NCBI GenBank assembly: GCA_023213395.1
Contig: CM041465.1
Location: 49,607,741-49,671,740 of the forward strand
DNA: 64,000 bases
Direction: 5' to 3'
From: Cycas panzhihuaensis
Lineage: Eukaryota > Plantae > Cycadophyta
This document shows, piece after piece, positions 1 to 14,237 of the stretch; positions within the stretch are counted from its first letter, which is position 1; each line of letters starts with the position of its first letter. Below the pieces are notes generated by a model that saw nothing but the letters and a program-made list of their open reading frames with translations, did not search any database and was not told where the DNA came from. A program made the translations under genes and the position numbers.

Positions 1-3000
1 TTTATTACATTCATTTTCAACACTTACCTTCCAATCATGAAAATGGTCAAATACTTATGACTTATTTTTTAGGAAATACACCTAAGCTTTCTCGGTGCAG
101 TCATCTATAAATAGCAAAGTATATGAAGCTCCTGATATTGAAGGGTTTCAAAGTGGGCCCATCATGTATGTATGCATAAGTGCAAGCTTCTCCTTGGCTC
201 TCCAGGCATTGTCCCAACCAAAAAGATAGTGATGATGCTTTCCATACATACACCTTACAAACACACCATTTGAACATGAAACAGATGGTAGTCCTTCCAT
301 TATTTTCAACATTTTCTACAATGTAATGCTTCTATAATTAAGATGACCTAAGCAACCATATCACAATTTACTCACATCATCTACGCTGGCAATAAAAACA
401 CAGGATTTCTTCTGGGATTGAAATATTTCAAGCACCTAAAAATTATCTCTTACTTTCCAAATAACAATGACAAAAAAAAAATTGTTTAAGATCCTTAATG
501 AAACATCTATCTTTATAAAGCTTGATCTTTATTCCTTGTTTATAGATTTCTCAGGCTGAGAGTAAATTCATCTACATCTTAGGTACATAATAGACCCATT
601 TAAATTTACCAGCTACCAAGGATACATCTTTAACTAGTAACATAGGAGCATCTCCAAGGAGAATTTTAGCACTATAATGATTTACACTTCATGCATCAAA
701 GTTTTGTTTCTATAAAGACGCGTTTTTTAGCTTCAGAGTCCAATATCCAATAGTCTCTCCAACTTGACTTGGCTGACAACGCTGACACTCTAACACAATA
801 TGTTGCTACACTCTTCCCTTTATCATCTTGGCTAGCTTTGCATTTGTCCCATCTTTTGAACCAACAATTCTTTTCTCTATGGCCTTCCTTCTTACAATAG
901 TTACATTTACTTATGAATTTCTTCTTCTTCTGAGACTCTTCCCTAGACCTTTATTTGAACTTCTCTTGAATGATGTCCATCATTTACATCTTCATAACTA
1001 AGACATGACTTGATTCGTAGCCTCCAAGTATCCCATGATCATTTAACTTGGCATCCTCAACTAGAATAAGATTATTTATACCATTAAACATCTCACCCTC
1101 TATCAGTTCATCTCTTTCATACATGGTCTAAAAAGTGGCAAATGCTACTAGTAGTTTTAACATAATTATCATAAACAACAACGCATCATCAATCAAATTT
1201 AATTTTAACTCCTCTAGCTTATTTTTCAAATCAGTGACTTTATTCAAATAGGCACTTATAGTAGTCTCATCTTCCATTGTAGAATTAAGAACCTCCAACA
1301 TCAAAGCTAGGCATCTATTCGTCTTCTTCTTCTTAAAAATTTCACACAACTTTGCCCAAATTTCATTTGCTTGATCAAGGTTATGAACCAACACCCTCTG
1401 GTCTAGTGCTAGTGATAGTTTTAACAATTCAACCACCATGAACTACTTTTCTTGAAGTCACGCATGATCTTTATGATTAAGCAAATTTGTGTCTGCTTTC
1501 GCCTTAGTTATTACCCAAAGCTAATTCACCATTTTAACCTTTTACTCACTAAAGTTGTTGCTATTAAATATAACTTTGAGTATCAAATGATCCATTCTTG
1601 AGAAACAGGCTTCAAAAAACAAGTCAATATCACTAGACCACTAGACATATAATCTTTCAAACAATGCCCACGTCATCGTGTTCACCACCTTCTCAAGCAC
1701 GTCCACTGGGGTACACAAACTAATGGTTATGCAAGTCAAAACTACACACTAACAATCAACCCCATAGCAACTAGCCTTAAGATCGTTCTCATAATACTTC
1801 AAAAACTCTAAAAATGACTCAAAACACCATAGAATATGCTTCACAAAAAAGAGATTATAACACAGTAGTTGTTGTATAGTCTTCCAAGCCAATTTTCAAT
1901 TAATATAAGCTCCAAAATGATTTCAAGATCACTCATAATGCTCAATGTATATACCAAATAATATATTCAATGATCTTTTTAAGGTTATAAAGGTCACTTT
2001 ATATAAAATATACCAAAAGGCATATTCCTAAAGTAGTAGTTGTCCAAAAAGGTTGCACGCCTTTTCACTAATCACACATGCCTTAAATCAAGGAATAATA
2101 TACTGCAAAGGTCGAGTAAGGTTAAACACCTAAAATAATTATCAAACGTCACTCATATTACATCTTCAGACTTTAAAAGGCATAAGCGAGAAGTTGCGGC
2201 AGTCACATAAGGAATTACAACCAGCGCAGATCCTCCCAAGCCCTCATAGCTTTAACACTCACCCATGACCAATAAGACAAGTCATGCACAATCTAGCAAT
2301 CATACAAGTATATCCTAGTTTAGTCTTATGCAGTTATCACACATAATAGAAGAAGAAACAGGGTCGCAAGCTCATACAAAGTTTCCCAAACTCAGCATTC
2401 AATCATACACTCTAAATAGTCCAAACAACAACCTTTATTGTTGCCCAATACCCTTCTTATGGACAAAAAACCTCCTCAGCGAAATACAATCTCATCGTCA
2501 AGTAAGGAACTCTGACTACTTCAATGCAAAATATTGATTTTTAATGCCAAATGTAGTAGAACTTCATCAAGAATAGTGAAAACTTACTTGTATGATGTGT
2601 AGTAACCCCCACTACTATTAGATCTCCACCAGAACATGTTCTGCTAAACTTAAGCAGTGACCAATTCACCAACTAGCTTTGGATGACCCTATAACAAGTC
2701 AATTCAATCTACAAAAATGGCTTGTGACTCTGATTTTTGACCCCAACAATATACTAACCTTATTGGCAGGTGAGTTTCACCTCATCAACCACCATTGTAT
2801 ACTATGCCTACTACTACAAGTTGTTGGAGAAGATAAGTCCTCAAGAAACCTTGGGCTTTGATGGCATCATCTGATAATCTACGATCTCATAGCTCCACCC
2901 AACTCCAACCTCAATTATGTAGGACTCTATGGCCCTAATACAATGTTAAGAAACATGAATGAATGCATACATATTTACATTCATTGAATCTTTCACTATA

Positions 3001-3286
3001 TATAATAAGCAAATAAGATAAACACAAAAAATAGTTGCACATTATATATGATATATGTGGAAATTCATTTTTGAAAAAAGCCCATCACAAAGATCTATCA
3101 ATCACATTGATTGCCGCTTGATTGATATGAATATGTAAGGGACTCTGGGATATTTATAATCCCCCAAAAGGTGTCAACCGTTAAAGGTTGTGACTCTCCA
3201 CATAACTAGTACCATTTCGTTGATCACATAATTAAACCACACATGAACGTTAACAAGTGGCTTAATAATTAACCGCCACACTAACA
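1..3286 (-). mobile_element. Degenerate Ty1/Copia element (Copia-0): 5' LTR, leader, gag, protease and start of integrase; continues beyond the window start
   Basis: Minus-strand motifs in Copia order: UBN2-type gag (ORF 1128-1439), zinc knuckle KCNYCKKEGHREKNCW (~860-910), protease YWILDSEA (~730-755), GAG-pre-integrase LGHLNY (~335-360), integrase start (<200). Decayed Met-i PBS (gccctaatacaa, ~2932-2943) next to an LTR-like segment tgttaag...ctaaca (2944-3286). Confidence 0.85.
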
Positions 3287-3399
3287 AAAGGGCTTAATGT
3301 GTATATTTTAAATTAAGAACTAAAAAGATTTTAATATTATATAACTTTACAAAACATAAAAGTAATTTTATGCTATGTTGAAAAATTGTCAAATCTGAT

Positions 3400-5066
3400 T
3401 GAATCTGCATCTATGTATGGTGAATTTTATTGCCTTTCATCGATTCAATTCAATATGGTACCCTAGCATTACGTCATTTTATGTGTGATGACATTTCTTG
3501 GTCTTTCAACTGCTTCAAAATCTTTGGGTGACGTCTTTCTTAACTATTCAAGCTTGAAATATTTCTTGTGTTTAAGCTTACATCTCGTGGCCTGAAGAAT
3601 GGTTCCCTACGTTATCCATCATATGCATCTAAACATTCTCATGCTTTTGTGTTTATACACTTTGGCATATGTGTGTAGCTCCATTTATCTTCACATCTTG
3701 TGATAGTAAGCTTTAATGCATCATTGACTCTTATTCCCAACTTTCATTAAGGTTGTGAGCAATACAATATTAAAAACTAAGACTATGTGCATTACAACTT
3801 TCTCCATTCGACGAATGTCTAGGCTATAATGGTTTATTATCTCATGAATCATGATAATCTCACAAACAGGGAGCCCCTTTCATCTCCAACATGCATGCAT
3901 GTAGCTCATGTGAGCATTTTTTTTGTTCACTGCTTTGTTTTGCATATGTGCTTTACAATTAACCTTCATCCTCCAATATTACCATTGTGATAGGCGTTGA
4001 CTTTATTTCAAATTTCCAATGTTTAGCAGCTCTTTTGGCCTAATGGCAATTCAGTGCTTCATACTCTGCTCCATCATGAATCACACAAGTTTAGTTTTTG
4101 AACTTCTTATTGGATAGCGACTCCCTTTTAAATTTATGGAGGCACACTTTTTTTAAAATTCTTACCCACGATTGGCGCCTATGACTCAGGTCACATATTT
4201 GGCGTTATTATGGCTCACCTAACTTTGAAGTGGCATTTATTTTGCCCTTAGATCTTCATAATGAAGTGGTGGATCTTGTTCAATTCTCCATGAGAATAGC
4301 TTATTAGTGTCTTGGATGCACTTATCCAATTCTTACACAAAATCTTCAGTTCCAACAATACCAACTTTTGTATAAAGTCTATACAATATTGCAAAAAGTG
4401 TCCACTTGAGTGCCTGAATGAGCAAATTGAATACACCATGATATTGAACAAATCAAATATAGAATACGAAAGTTGTTATCTGTGGACTATGGCACTATGG
4501 CCATTCACTCTCCTTGTTCATATATGAGTTTCACATAGATGCATTTCTCATGCTTGTTTTAGGACCCAACAATGTTAAATGCCCATCAACATGCTTGATC
4601 AATAACATGTAACATGCCATAGATTGATATTCAAATTTATGCATATCATTCCAACACTCTAAAAACTCCATATAATAAACAATTAATCAGAGCATACCTA
4701 ATGTAATTTCAAAATCACCTACAAAGCCTCGATTGCTCCTATAAACCCTTCAAGTTAAAATTTTGATCAATAACCCGAGGTTAACACTGCTCTAATACTA
4801 AATGAAATTAATAGAAGATTGAATGGAACCAAATAAAAGATAACAACAAAGGTTTCAAGTAGAATTATATTACCTTCAAATTTTGACTTCTCATTCATTA
4901 AGAATGACTCTCCTCAATACGTCAATGTATAATGTTATACACCTATTAGCACAAGCAAAATCGGTAATGGTCAAAATACAACTCATAATCACCTTGACGT
5001 GTTACAAGTCCATTAAGGACTTCTTATAGCTCCCAACATGTGTCCTATATAAACATTATTCTAACA
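3400..5066 (-). mobile_element. Highly decayed 5' half of a Copia element (LTR ~4803-5066, PBS, gag relic)
   Basis: PBS relic gctctaatacta at 4789-4800. The end aacattattctaaca (5066) matches the tgttagaata(ta)atgtt start of other Copia LTRs in the window. Weak gag-like and protease-like (NGATH) residues lie in 3650-4600. Left boundary uncertain. Confidence 0.5.
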
Positions 5067-5599
5067 AATATAACAAATTATGAATGTGCCATCTATCAAG
5101 ATAAGCAAAAAAAATCTTCAAAAATGAGGACCAAAATAGGCCTCATCACCTACATTCATTAGATTCTCTCATCTAAATTATTTAGAGAAGGGAAGATATC
5201 ATTGAAGTTAGAGACTCTATAAGATAGGGCATCATCAAGTTCTAAAAAAATTACTTCATCTTCATTAGGAAGAGGTGCATATTCTTAAGGGAGATTACTT
5301 ATAGGAGATTTTAAAAAGGGCTTGTCTAGGTTTGTAGCATAATGCAACCCATGTAGAATGAGCAACCCACATGAAATCTAGAATATCTTCATCAATCCTT
5401 AAGATGCCAAAGAGTATTATTGGCAAGGATGGTGTATTCCACTTGATTAGGAAGTGTGGAAGCTTCTATAGCTATAGGTGGTGCTCAAAATGAGGCAATG
5501 ATTGATGATCCCTCTATATCTTTAGGTGTTAAGGGTTGGGTTGATAGTGTTGTAAATTATTTATGCCATGGTTTTGATGAAGGCATATTGTTCGACAAC

Positions 5600-7050
5600 T
5601 ACAATGGTGGCATTTAGATATCACTACGTTAACTCCTTATGAAAGGGTTCTCTCTTTCAAAAGTCATAGTCTATATATTTAGAAACACTAAGAATTTGAT
5701 GTAGTGGATCGATATTGTATTCAATACTTTTAACACATGGGCACTTGGAATGATTACGAATGGCCTAAGGAATAAATTCAACAACTAGAATAACAAAAAT
5801 TAAGGATGAAGAAATAATGAAAAAAGCAATCATAAATGGTTATAAGAATGACCAAAATAGTTGCAAGTTTGTAATTCAACTCTCAGGTTATAGTTACTAA
5901 ACTATGATGGAAAGGGAATGGCTAGAAGTAAACATGAACAATTAGTTAGGGATATGAATGATTAACATGGAAAGGTTACCCAAAAAATGTGCAACCATAA
6001 TATAGATGGTACAAATGTTTGTACAAATGTACAACTACATGGAAACAAGATAAATCATTATGTCATAATCGATGGTTATTATAAAAAACTCAATGGACAT
6101 TTGAAATGGTTTAACCTTTTAGTGAAATAGGTCATGTAATTAGGTGTTTATGGGTCATTCTCACCTAGTTTTTAGTATAACCATCGATGCATCAAACATG
6201 CCTAAAAGGTTAAACATCATAAGTATTATACTTGGCATTGTTTAATAAATTTATGAGTCAAAGAAAATTTGTATGCAATGTTGTATGTTATGAGTATGCT
6301 CATATGAATGTAATATATGCAATTGACATGCAGTAACCAAGCCATTAAGACATTGAGGACGAGTTAAGAAATCATGTGGAGACATCTAAGACCAAATTGA
6401 AGTAAACACATGGCCAAAACACAAACAAGTAACCTCTGGAAACTTATTATAAGAAAATTTGATTTATCCAAATATGAATGACAAGACATCTTTCACAACT
6501 CTAATTCAATCACAATCCAAGAGTAAGTTGTAGTCTAGTTCTTAGTTTATGGCTTTGACATCAACTATTATAGTATTCCCTTGAAAGAAAATGGGCAAAG
6601 ATTTGATAGATCTTAATGGGGCTTATTCCCTATTATTAAATGCTTTGAGTATATGGCCACTAGGGACTAGTTTTAGATTTTTAATTGCTTAGTTGTTGAT
6701 AATATAAGTGTTGCAAATGACATTTTAATGACTATGCAATGTTTGACGTGAACATTATATCTGAATGTGTGAATGCAAAGGGATATATACATGGTATTTT
6801 TTGAATTGTTCAAAGTTTTCTTGTCAAAGGTAACAAGACTAGGATCATTCATATAGGAGGTTCCTAATGCATTTAATAGCCTTTATTTTTATTGGGGACT
6901 AGTCTAAAAGATTTGTAATATTGAAGTTGCAAATGGAGAATGGTTTAGATCTTTGTTAAGAAAAAATGATTCCCACAATTTTCCATTGTCAATTTCTCAT
7001 ATGCCTAGGTGGAAAATGAGTCATTAATTAGGCTTGATATTTTTACAAGT
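5600..7050 (+). mobile_element. Very old Gypsy gag-protease relic
   Basis: Fragments FNTWAL..LRNKF (gag-like), DVNII (~6745) and KDL..IEVANGE (~6905-6940) resemble the protease region of the Gypsy at 40.2 kb. No continuous ORF. Confidence 0.35.
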
Positions 7051-9902
7051 TAAAATTTCTAAATTCTAAGCATTTTGATGGTTTTGATTTGATGTATGTA
7101 AAAAAATTGATACCATGCTAGAATAGGTATTAAAAAGTAATAATTGATAAAAAGAATATTTACAAAATCCCACATTCATGAAATATGAAAGTAACTTTGT
7201 AAAGTTCCGTGTGAACTCACTAGATAGGAAATAGTGGAACTTAGGTTATCATGATGATATTTTATTATAATTGATGATTAGGTGGACAACCCTAAGGATA
7301 ACTAGGCTATCTAACCACTCTCCAGACTTAGAAGTGTTGGGTGGTCTCCCTCAATAACATAACGTCAAACCTTACTTTAAATAGCTCTTGGAGACAAAAA
7401 TGTAAGGTAAATCTTTGGACTAGACTTCACCTAAAATAGTCTCGTATGGTGAAAAATGAAGCTCATTGCCGTCCTTCTAGAGAATATTACAAAACTAACC
7501 ACAACTTCATAACCTACCTAGAGAAAAAGAATAGTGACGGCCCACGACCTCTTTAGCACAAGCAAAACTAGTCAAGTTCATGTATAAACCTAGGTTCTTA
7601 TGGATTTGCCCTATACAGTATAGTGCACCAATGTATTTTGACCCCTACTAAGAGATAATACCCTTAGCAGATTGAGGATGTTTAACACTAAGGACTTGGG
7701 TATGTATTACATGAAGGATCTTTGTCTAATAACTAATTTAATAAGTAAAATAGCCAAAATTTTCACTCTACAAACACCTCATACTTACTTAAGAGTTGGA
7801 GAAGACAATTGGTTAGAGATAAGAAAGTGTTCTTCAATATGACCACCAAAATATCCACAAATGAGAATAAGCTCATTTCTTAAGAGGTCAAACAAATAAT
7901 TGTGTGCCTAATCCTAAGGAGCAAGATAACGTCTTGTTTAGGAACCTCAAAAATAAGATGTATATGTGTAGAATGTGACTTGTTTATAAAATTATATTAA
8001 AAAAAGAATATCTCATGAATCAAATTATTTTCATTTTAAATTTTTTTATTATGCTTCGACATAAATGTAAAACAAATATAGATGACTCTATAATGGGACT
8101 TAACTAAGGATGCAAAAATGCCCTTTTCTACAAAATTAAAACATACCCCTTTACTACAAAATGTGTAGATGTTACCACAAATATCAATTTATCTTATTAA
8201 CATGGGCCCTCTTTTTCATTCATTGTCACACGTAAAATCATTAAAAAAGAAAGAAAACTAATCAACAAATCAATTGACTACTTTAGTACTCAAAGCACGT
8301 CCTTCTCACCCCACTCCCCACCACACCCCCACCAAAACCAAAACAATTAAATCTACATTTCATTTTGTTTATATACAAATAGTTTTCACTTGTGAAAAAT
8401 AAGGCATGGATGAAAGATTTAAAAATGACAAAATGCATATTGAAACTCTCAACCTTACCCCATAAATGACTTAGATGCCTTTATTAACCATTAAATCAAA
8501 TTTGACTTTATTGAAAGAAATCCCCTTCTTTTACTAATTTAAATAAAAACTTATGACAAAGAATAAAGGAAGTTGAACCGCACTAGACTTAACCCTATGA
8601 TGTCCTCTTCAACAAATCTCCCCTTAACAATCAACCTTCCAATCAAATGTCAACTAAGGTTAGAATTTTGAAGTATTGTTGTTTTTAATCTCCATTCCTT
8701 TTATTTTTTCTTTTTTTTTCTTAAAAGAAATCTCAAATTTATTTCAAAGTCAATAATGTTATTTTCACTCTATTATTAAAGAGGGATCTCAAAAGAACAA
8801 GAATTCCACTCTATGATTAAAGAGGATTTGTTACTATAGCTAATCAAAGTTCTTTAAGCCAATTGCTCTTTCAATATGCTAGTTTCAACAATTCTCATTC
8901 CCTATAAAGTTTCCATTTTTGGAAGTCAAAATCACCAAGTCAATCTAGCCATTCATTCAAAACATGAAACAAGGAAGAAGAATCAAAATCTTAAGTTAGA
9001 TATATTTCCATAGTCCCCAAATTGATGGCATAGGTTTTCCATAAGATCTTGGACTATGACATTTAATTGGACTTGAGTTGTAAATCCACCTTATACATCT
9101 CAATAAATGGGACTATCTTATTTTCGATCTTAAATTTAGCTATAACTTTTTTTTTTTACAGATCTACCAATGCACCCCAGCACCCAACAATGTAGCTATA
9201 ACTTAATTATGTCAAAGACATTTTAGGAAATTACTTGGCTAGATATTTTCCATAGCTTCCAAGGAGGGGAGCTTCACAAGAAGTCTTAGCAAAAATTGCA
9301 AAGACTTTTTAAGAGTTACTAGGAAAAACATAGTCCCATGGGTTTCCACATTTTCCTTTATCAATGGTCCAAAATAGATCACTTTCAAGGTTCCCATGGT
9401 GCGCCACCAATGCAATGCCTCTTTCATAGCTCATTCTTCTTTACTACAGACAAGGGTCTCCTTTACTGCAAACAATAACCAATGTGTCTAATCGTCCCCT
9501 TTGCCCACTGTATGAATGGGCCATAATGTGTTGTCAATTTAGTAAGTACTAGCGCAAATTGTAAACAATTAAGCACCCCTAAGATATCAGTGTTTGTCTT
9601 GTGTCATTGTGTATGCATATGAGTTCTAGAATTAAGAAGTTGAAAAGAGGGAAAAAGTGTTAAGTTTCTTCAACTATTCCAACAATGCCAATGTTTTTTT
9701 GATGAATTCAGATCTTATATGTCAAGAGTTACTAATAGATTGAGAGACCGTTTAAAAAATAAATTTTATTTATATGTTTTTGCGTTGATAGGTGCCTTTA
9801 GATGACTTCGGTGAGGGAGGCAAGGGGTCTCTACTCAGGGGTGGAGTTTACTCCCCTTAAAAAATAAAAAATAAAAATAAAAATAAAAAATTGATAGATG
9901 CA

Positions 9903-10115
9903 TGGCAATGGCGGAAAGGACAGATTCAATGACGCGTGGCAAGGGTAAAAAGGACAAGATGTATGACATTGGCGGACAAACGCGTGGCAGGGATGAGCAA
10001 CAACAAAGAAATATCTTCAATGGTGGCCGTTGGGTGCAAAATCTTCATGACTACGATCACATGAGCAACAACACAAAAAACAACATAGAAGTATTTTCAA
10101 TGGTGGCCGCCTGGC
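9903..10115. repeat. Degenerate local direct repeats
   Basis: tggcgga..acgcgtggca.ggg occurs twice and atgagcaacaaca...ttcaatggtggccg occurs twice. Confidence 0.55.
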
Positions 10116-11330
10116 AGATCAATATGCTCAGACAAATACGAAAACGAATACAACCAACTTCTTACATTATTCACTTCGTCCTTGTTCATATCTAGTTTAA
10201 TTGTGTCCTCCTTCGTATCGCCTATCATAAGGACTTTCAAATAAAAAGGTTCGATACTGATCAATGCTTCTTGACGAGAACAACTCTTATTGGTGGTGCC
10301 ATCAACGTTGAAATCCTCATCCTTGGACACATCATGCTAGGCATCGGTGTCGGTTTCACCAATCAAGTAAGCCGTGAACGATCATTGAAAGAGCTTCAAA
10401 TCACATTGTCATAATTGACAATATTTGAGAAACTCTTTAATACTTATAAGTTGTTCCTGTTTATGTAACTGAAATGGCTCTTGCAAGAATGAAATGAGCG
10501 CTACGTATACACCTATTGACTCTCACACTTTGTTAACAGTTTGCACTAATTATTTATCTATGTTATTTACTCCTATCAATGGGGTAGAATAAATAATCTT
10601 CAACAAAATAAGTTGAAAACACCTATAATTACAAACATATTATGGCTTCAAAATGGACCCCTATCCCAACTTAAAACTAAACTAATGCAAATCCACGTGG
10701 ATAGGTATTCGCCGTTCTTAATATTTTGGATGGATTCCTCCAGCGGCGCAACTAAAGATAAAATATACGGTACGTTGACAACAATTAGACAATGATGCCA
10801 GGTAGGAACATAGAGCGACGCGGAATTTTCATGTAATCGCCCAAATATTTACAGTTTCGGGTTTCGAACCTAAGGCCTCGGTAAGCCCAAGGGACGTCTG
10901 TTTAGAGATCTTCTACTAAGAAACTATATTCGGACAGAAAACATCCATTCTACTGTTGTGGGTAGGCCACCGCTCTCTCCCGGCTTTTCGAACTTGCGAC
11001 GTACCTCAAAGCTGTCGGGAAAGGCTTTTGCTCAATGTTTGCGGAGACAACCAATGTTTTTCATTCGTCAATAATGGAATCGTTAAGCAAATCCACCGGG
11101 GGTGAAGCGAACACTTTGGACGGAGAGGTAGCCGTTAGTCCATTTGGTGAGAGCCGTCCAGTGATCGAGTCCCTGGGTTATGATGCACGGGCGGTTGGGC
11201 ATGACGAATTCTCTAAGAAAATGGATAGCAGATAAGCTTCCTTTTATGCGTTCTACTTGTGTGGTCGTTTCAAGTGAAGGTTCTCGTCCAGCTTGAGGTC
11301 TGCCAAGGACTCTGCGTGGCTCTTGCTCAT
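10097..11330 (-). pseudogene. JMJ32: JmjC-domain (cupin_8) protein pseudogene, JMJ32/JMJD7-like
   Basis: ATG at 11330. Colinear blocks match plant JMJ32/JMJD7: R-EPSL..VERI...FLREFVMPNRPCIITQGLDHWTALTKW..YL; QQ*NGCFLSEYSFLVEDL*TDVPWA/TEALGSKPETVNIW; RLYV; EE..(N)TYP; AHF/FLQE (~10480-10500); then an acidic tail (ETDTDA*HDVSKDEDF). Many frameshifts and stops. The 3' boundary is approximate. Confidence 0.85.
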
Positions 11331-11343
11331 GGAACTGTGTATT

Positions 11344-11379
11344 CTGAAGCAAACATTAGCAACATTGGGTTCAACTTAC
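11344..11379 (-). other. Putative eroded 5'-UTR intron of the JmjC pseudogene
   Basis: CAG|GTAAGT...GCTAAT...TTCAG| ends 13 nt upstream of the ATG. It is only 36 nt long. Confidence 0.4.
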
Positions 11380-13431
11380 CTGATTAGTGGTGGCAGACGT
11401 AACGCTTATGGGAGGAGTGAAAAAGAAGACCAGGGCACAAACAAAGAATGAACACCTTGGCAGCTGCACCTGCTCTTTGTAACCCTTACATACTGTGTGA
11501 AGGAAATAGCCACCGACATATCAAAAACACATAGAACCACAATTGGAAATGTCTGGGTAATTTCTCATCAGTCTCGCGTGGATATCAGGCCAAGTCATAT
11601 TTTTCGAAGCTCTACTCTACCATATCTCCCTGCACCAATAATACACATATTGTCCTGTTCAATCTTAGAGCGCATAAAACAATACAGGTTTTAACAAGAT
11701 TTCTGGAATTCCAGAACTACCGATCAGTGTCCGCAACACCACCAACTTTCATAGGCATTCAACCCTTGTTTTGATTTTGGATGGATCTCTCCGGAGCATT
11801 ACATCTACTAGGAAACCAAAGAAGGGGTAACATCCAACAATTCAAATACGGTGTTGTTGCTAATTAGGACGCAAACACAATGAAATCTTGGTTTATCCTG
11901 AACCAATTTGCATAAGCAGTTATCTTTTTAATTTTTTTTTTCCAATCATAAAATGTTGTCACCAGTCCATAAAATGTTTTTATATACTGCCCTATTTAAC
12001 CTTACAAACCAACCAGCAAAGTTTTCAAATCTCTCTAACTCTCTAGAAAATAAGTTGTCATATCGTCGCTGTGTATATCGTAGGAATTCAAAATAATACG
12101 AACATAATAGATAATCTGTAACTCTTGTGGGGAGTTAGTTCAAGATATTTCAGAAAAAAAAAACTGATCTTTTGGAATGGTCATCAGTGATTGGATCAAC
12201 TCATGATAGATTAGCTTTCCAATATTTTAACGTGTGCCACATAGCAATATATGGCACGTTACAAGCCTAGCTCAGCTATGCCATTTATATTGACATGGAA
12301 ATAGAAACTTGATCACTTGGTCAAGACGGTGCACACCAGGATTTCTCCACACCTACTGATCATTGCCAAACAAATAATCAAATCCCTTACGTGATAATTT
12401 GTGCTTGAACAGAAAACCAACTTAAAACAAAAACCAAAAAGAACAAAATTGACAAATCCTCATGCTCAGCTCCATATTTTTGGAGTGGGAGTTGTGCAAA
12501 TAGTAATTTAGATATGTAATGTTTGATAATTGAGCAAAAGAGAAATCAGTGGAGGCTGTAAAGAGTGTTCCTTTGCAATTGCAGTCTATTTAGAGGTGAC
12601 TTCCTTCAACATTTTTTTTTTTTAAGGTAAAAATGGATTTCATTAAATTAGGAAAACAAAAATAGTACAGTTGGATGAAGTACCCTTTTGTCACTGAAAT
12701 CTGCAAACCCAACAACATTCACAGTAATCATTATCTAAACCTATGAAACAAATCACTAATTGCAGTTTTTATGAAAGGTTATTTATTTGCGAACTAAAAT
12801 CAGAGTGTATTTATGCTTGAAAATGACCAACTGAAAATTTATGAACGGATAAAGTTGAAGCTTTTCTCATATAAAAGAAAAGCTGAAAGAAAGAATGTAA
12901 GTAGTCTTTAGACCATGAATGACCACCTAGTTCAATGATGAAAAACAAACAAAATAATTAAGAGGAAGCAAAATAAGGGTTTCCAAGATGCCTAAAACAT
13001 AGAAAGCAACCTCTACTTTTGATCAAGAATCCAACCTATAATGATAACCAAGCGAAAATCAAATAATCAATTAATACAGTGCTATTGTAGAAAAAAAACT
13101 TAACCAAATAATAAGAGACAGGCAAGGGCTGCTATCTTTAGTGCTTTGCATGTAAAACACTAGATTATTAGATTTTCTTGACTCAATGAATATATCACCA
13201 AAATTGTATTGCAATTGATTTTTTGATTTAATGATATATTTTTTATCTTTAAAAAAAAAAATAATAATAATAATAATAAGAGAAAAATAAGATCAATCTA
13301 AAAAATTTTATATATTATAGATTTGTTAAAACAATGTTCATCATATTTTATGAACTGCCTTTTATTTTTGTAGTATAGACATCATTCTATTTTGTATTTC
13401 AGTCATTCATTAGCTTACCATTGTAAACTTA

Positions 13432-13915
13432 GAGCACGGTCCCATGCCGCCTAGTTCCGGGTAATCCGGAGCGGGTACCGCGCCGGGTTTCACGGAGTGG
13501 CGCGGGTAGATCGGATCCCATGCAAATTTGCAGATCCCCCCGCACCAAGATATGTGCCAAATTGGATAAGACTTAGCGATCCCGCCTCAACGCAGTTTAT
13601 TTAAAATGACAAGACACTGCCCCCCGCACCAAGGTTCTCGCCAACTTGGATAGATTTGGCGATCGGGCGTCAACACATTTTATTTATGACGATATGACGT
13701 TGGCCAATGATATTTGGCCAGCGAACATCTTTTTGTATCCAGCGAGTGCCCGTTGAATTGAGCGACGCAAATTTTGCGTCGCTCAGGTTCAGCGGGTCCG
13801 CTCCGTGAATCCCGGAGAAGATTCTATCTTCTCCGGGCGAGCAGGTGCTCACCCTTGCACGGGACCGCCTGGGCCGCTAATCCAGTGGCCCAGCGCCCCG
13901 CATGGGACCGCAAGG
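13432..13915. mobile_element. Tourist/PIF-Harbinger-like MITE (484 bp)
   Basis: GC/CpG-rich insert absent from the cognate 3' LTR and flanked by TTA/TTA. Ends gagcacggtcccatg ... catgggaccgcaagg. Internal ~85-bp tandem duplication (ccccccgcaccaag at ~13535 and ~13620). Confidence 0.85.
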
Positions 13916-14237
13916 TTAACATTCTTAATACGTTCTACATAATGGACAAATAATATTAGCACGTGTCAGAATCTGATGTATATATAAACATTATTTGATG
14001 TAATACAACAAGACAGATTATTTCATGTACCTATATGTCCTAATATCTCTAAATTTAACATGATGTCAGAACTAGACTTAAAAAGCATATTTACTTGAAA
14101 GGACCACCATATGGAGGTTTCAAGAAAATTTTCTCACGCATCACCCTGTGGAATATTGTAAGCATTAAAATAGTGTCTTAAATGTTCAAATGTTGGCACA
14201 GCGACAGGCTATAGACATCTGATTTTTTGTTATAGCG

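Noticed and set aside
7200-7960. MFNTKDLGMYY resembling Copia RT
   Set aside because: Single short motif with no colinear neighbours.
8850-9450. Possible LINE endonuclease/ORF1 relic on the minus strand (LGDFD, IYNS)
   Set aside because: Motifs too short and decayed to support without a profile search.
11701-11716. Perfect 16-bp palindrome TTCTGGAATTCCAGAA as a heat-shock element
   Set aside because: The two TTCnnGAA units lack the 2-nt spacer of a canonical HSE; single occurrence.
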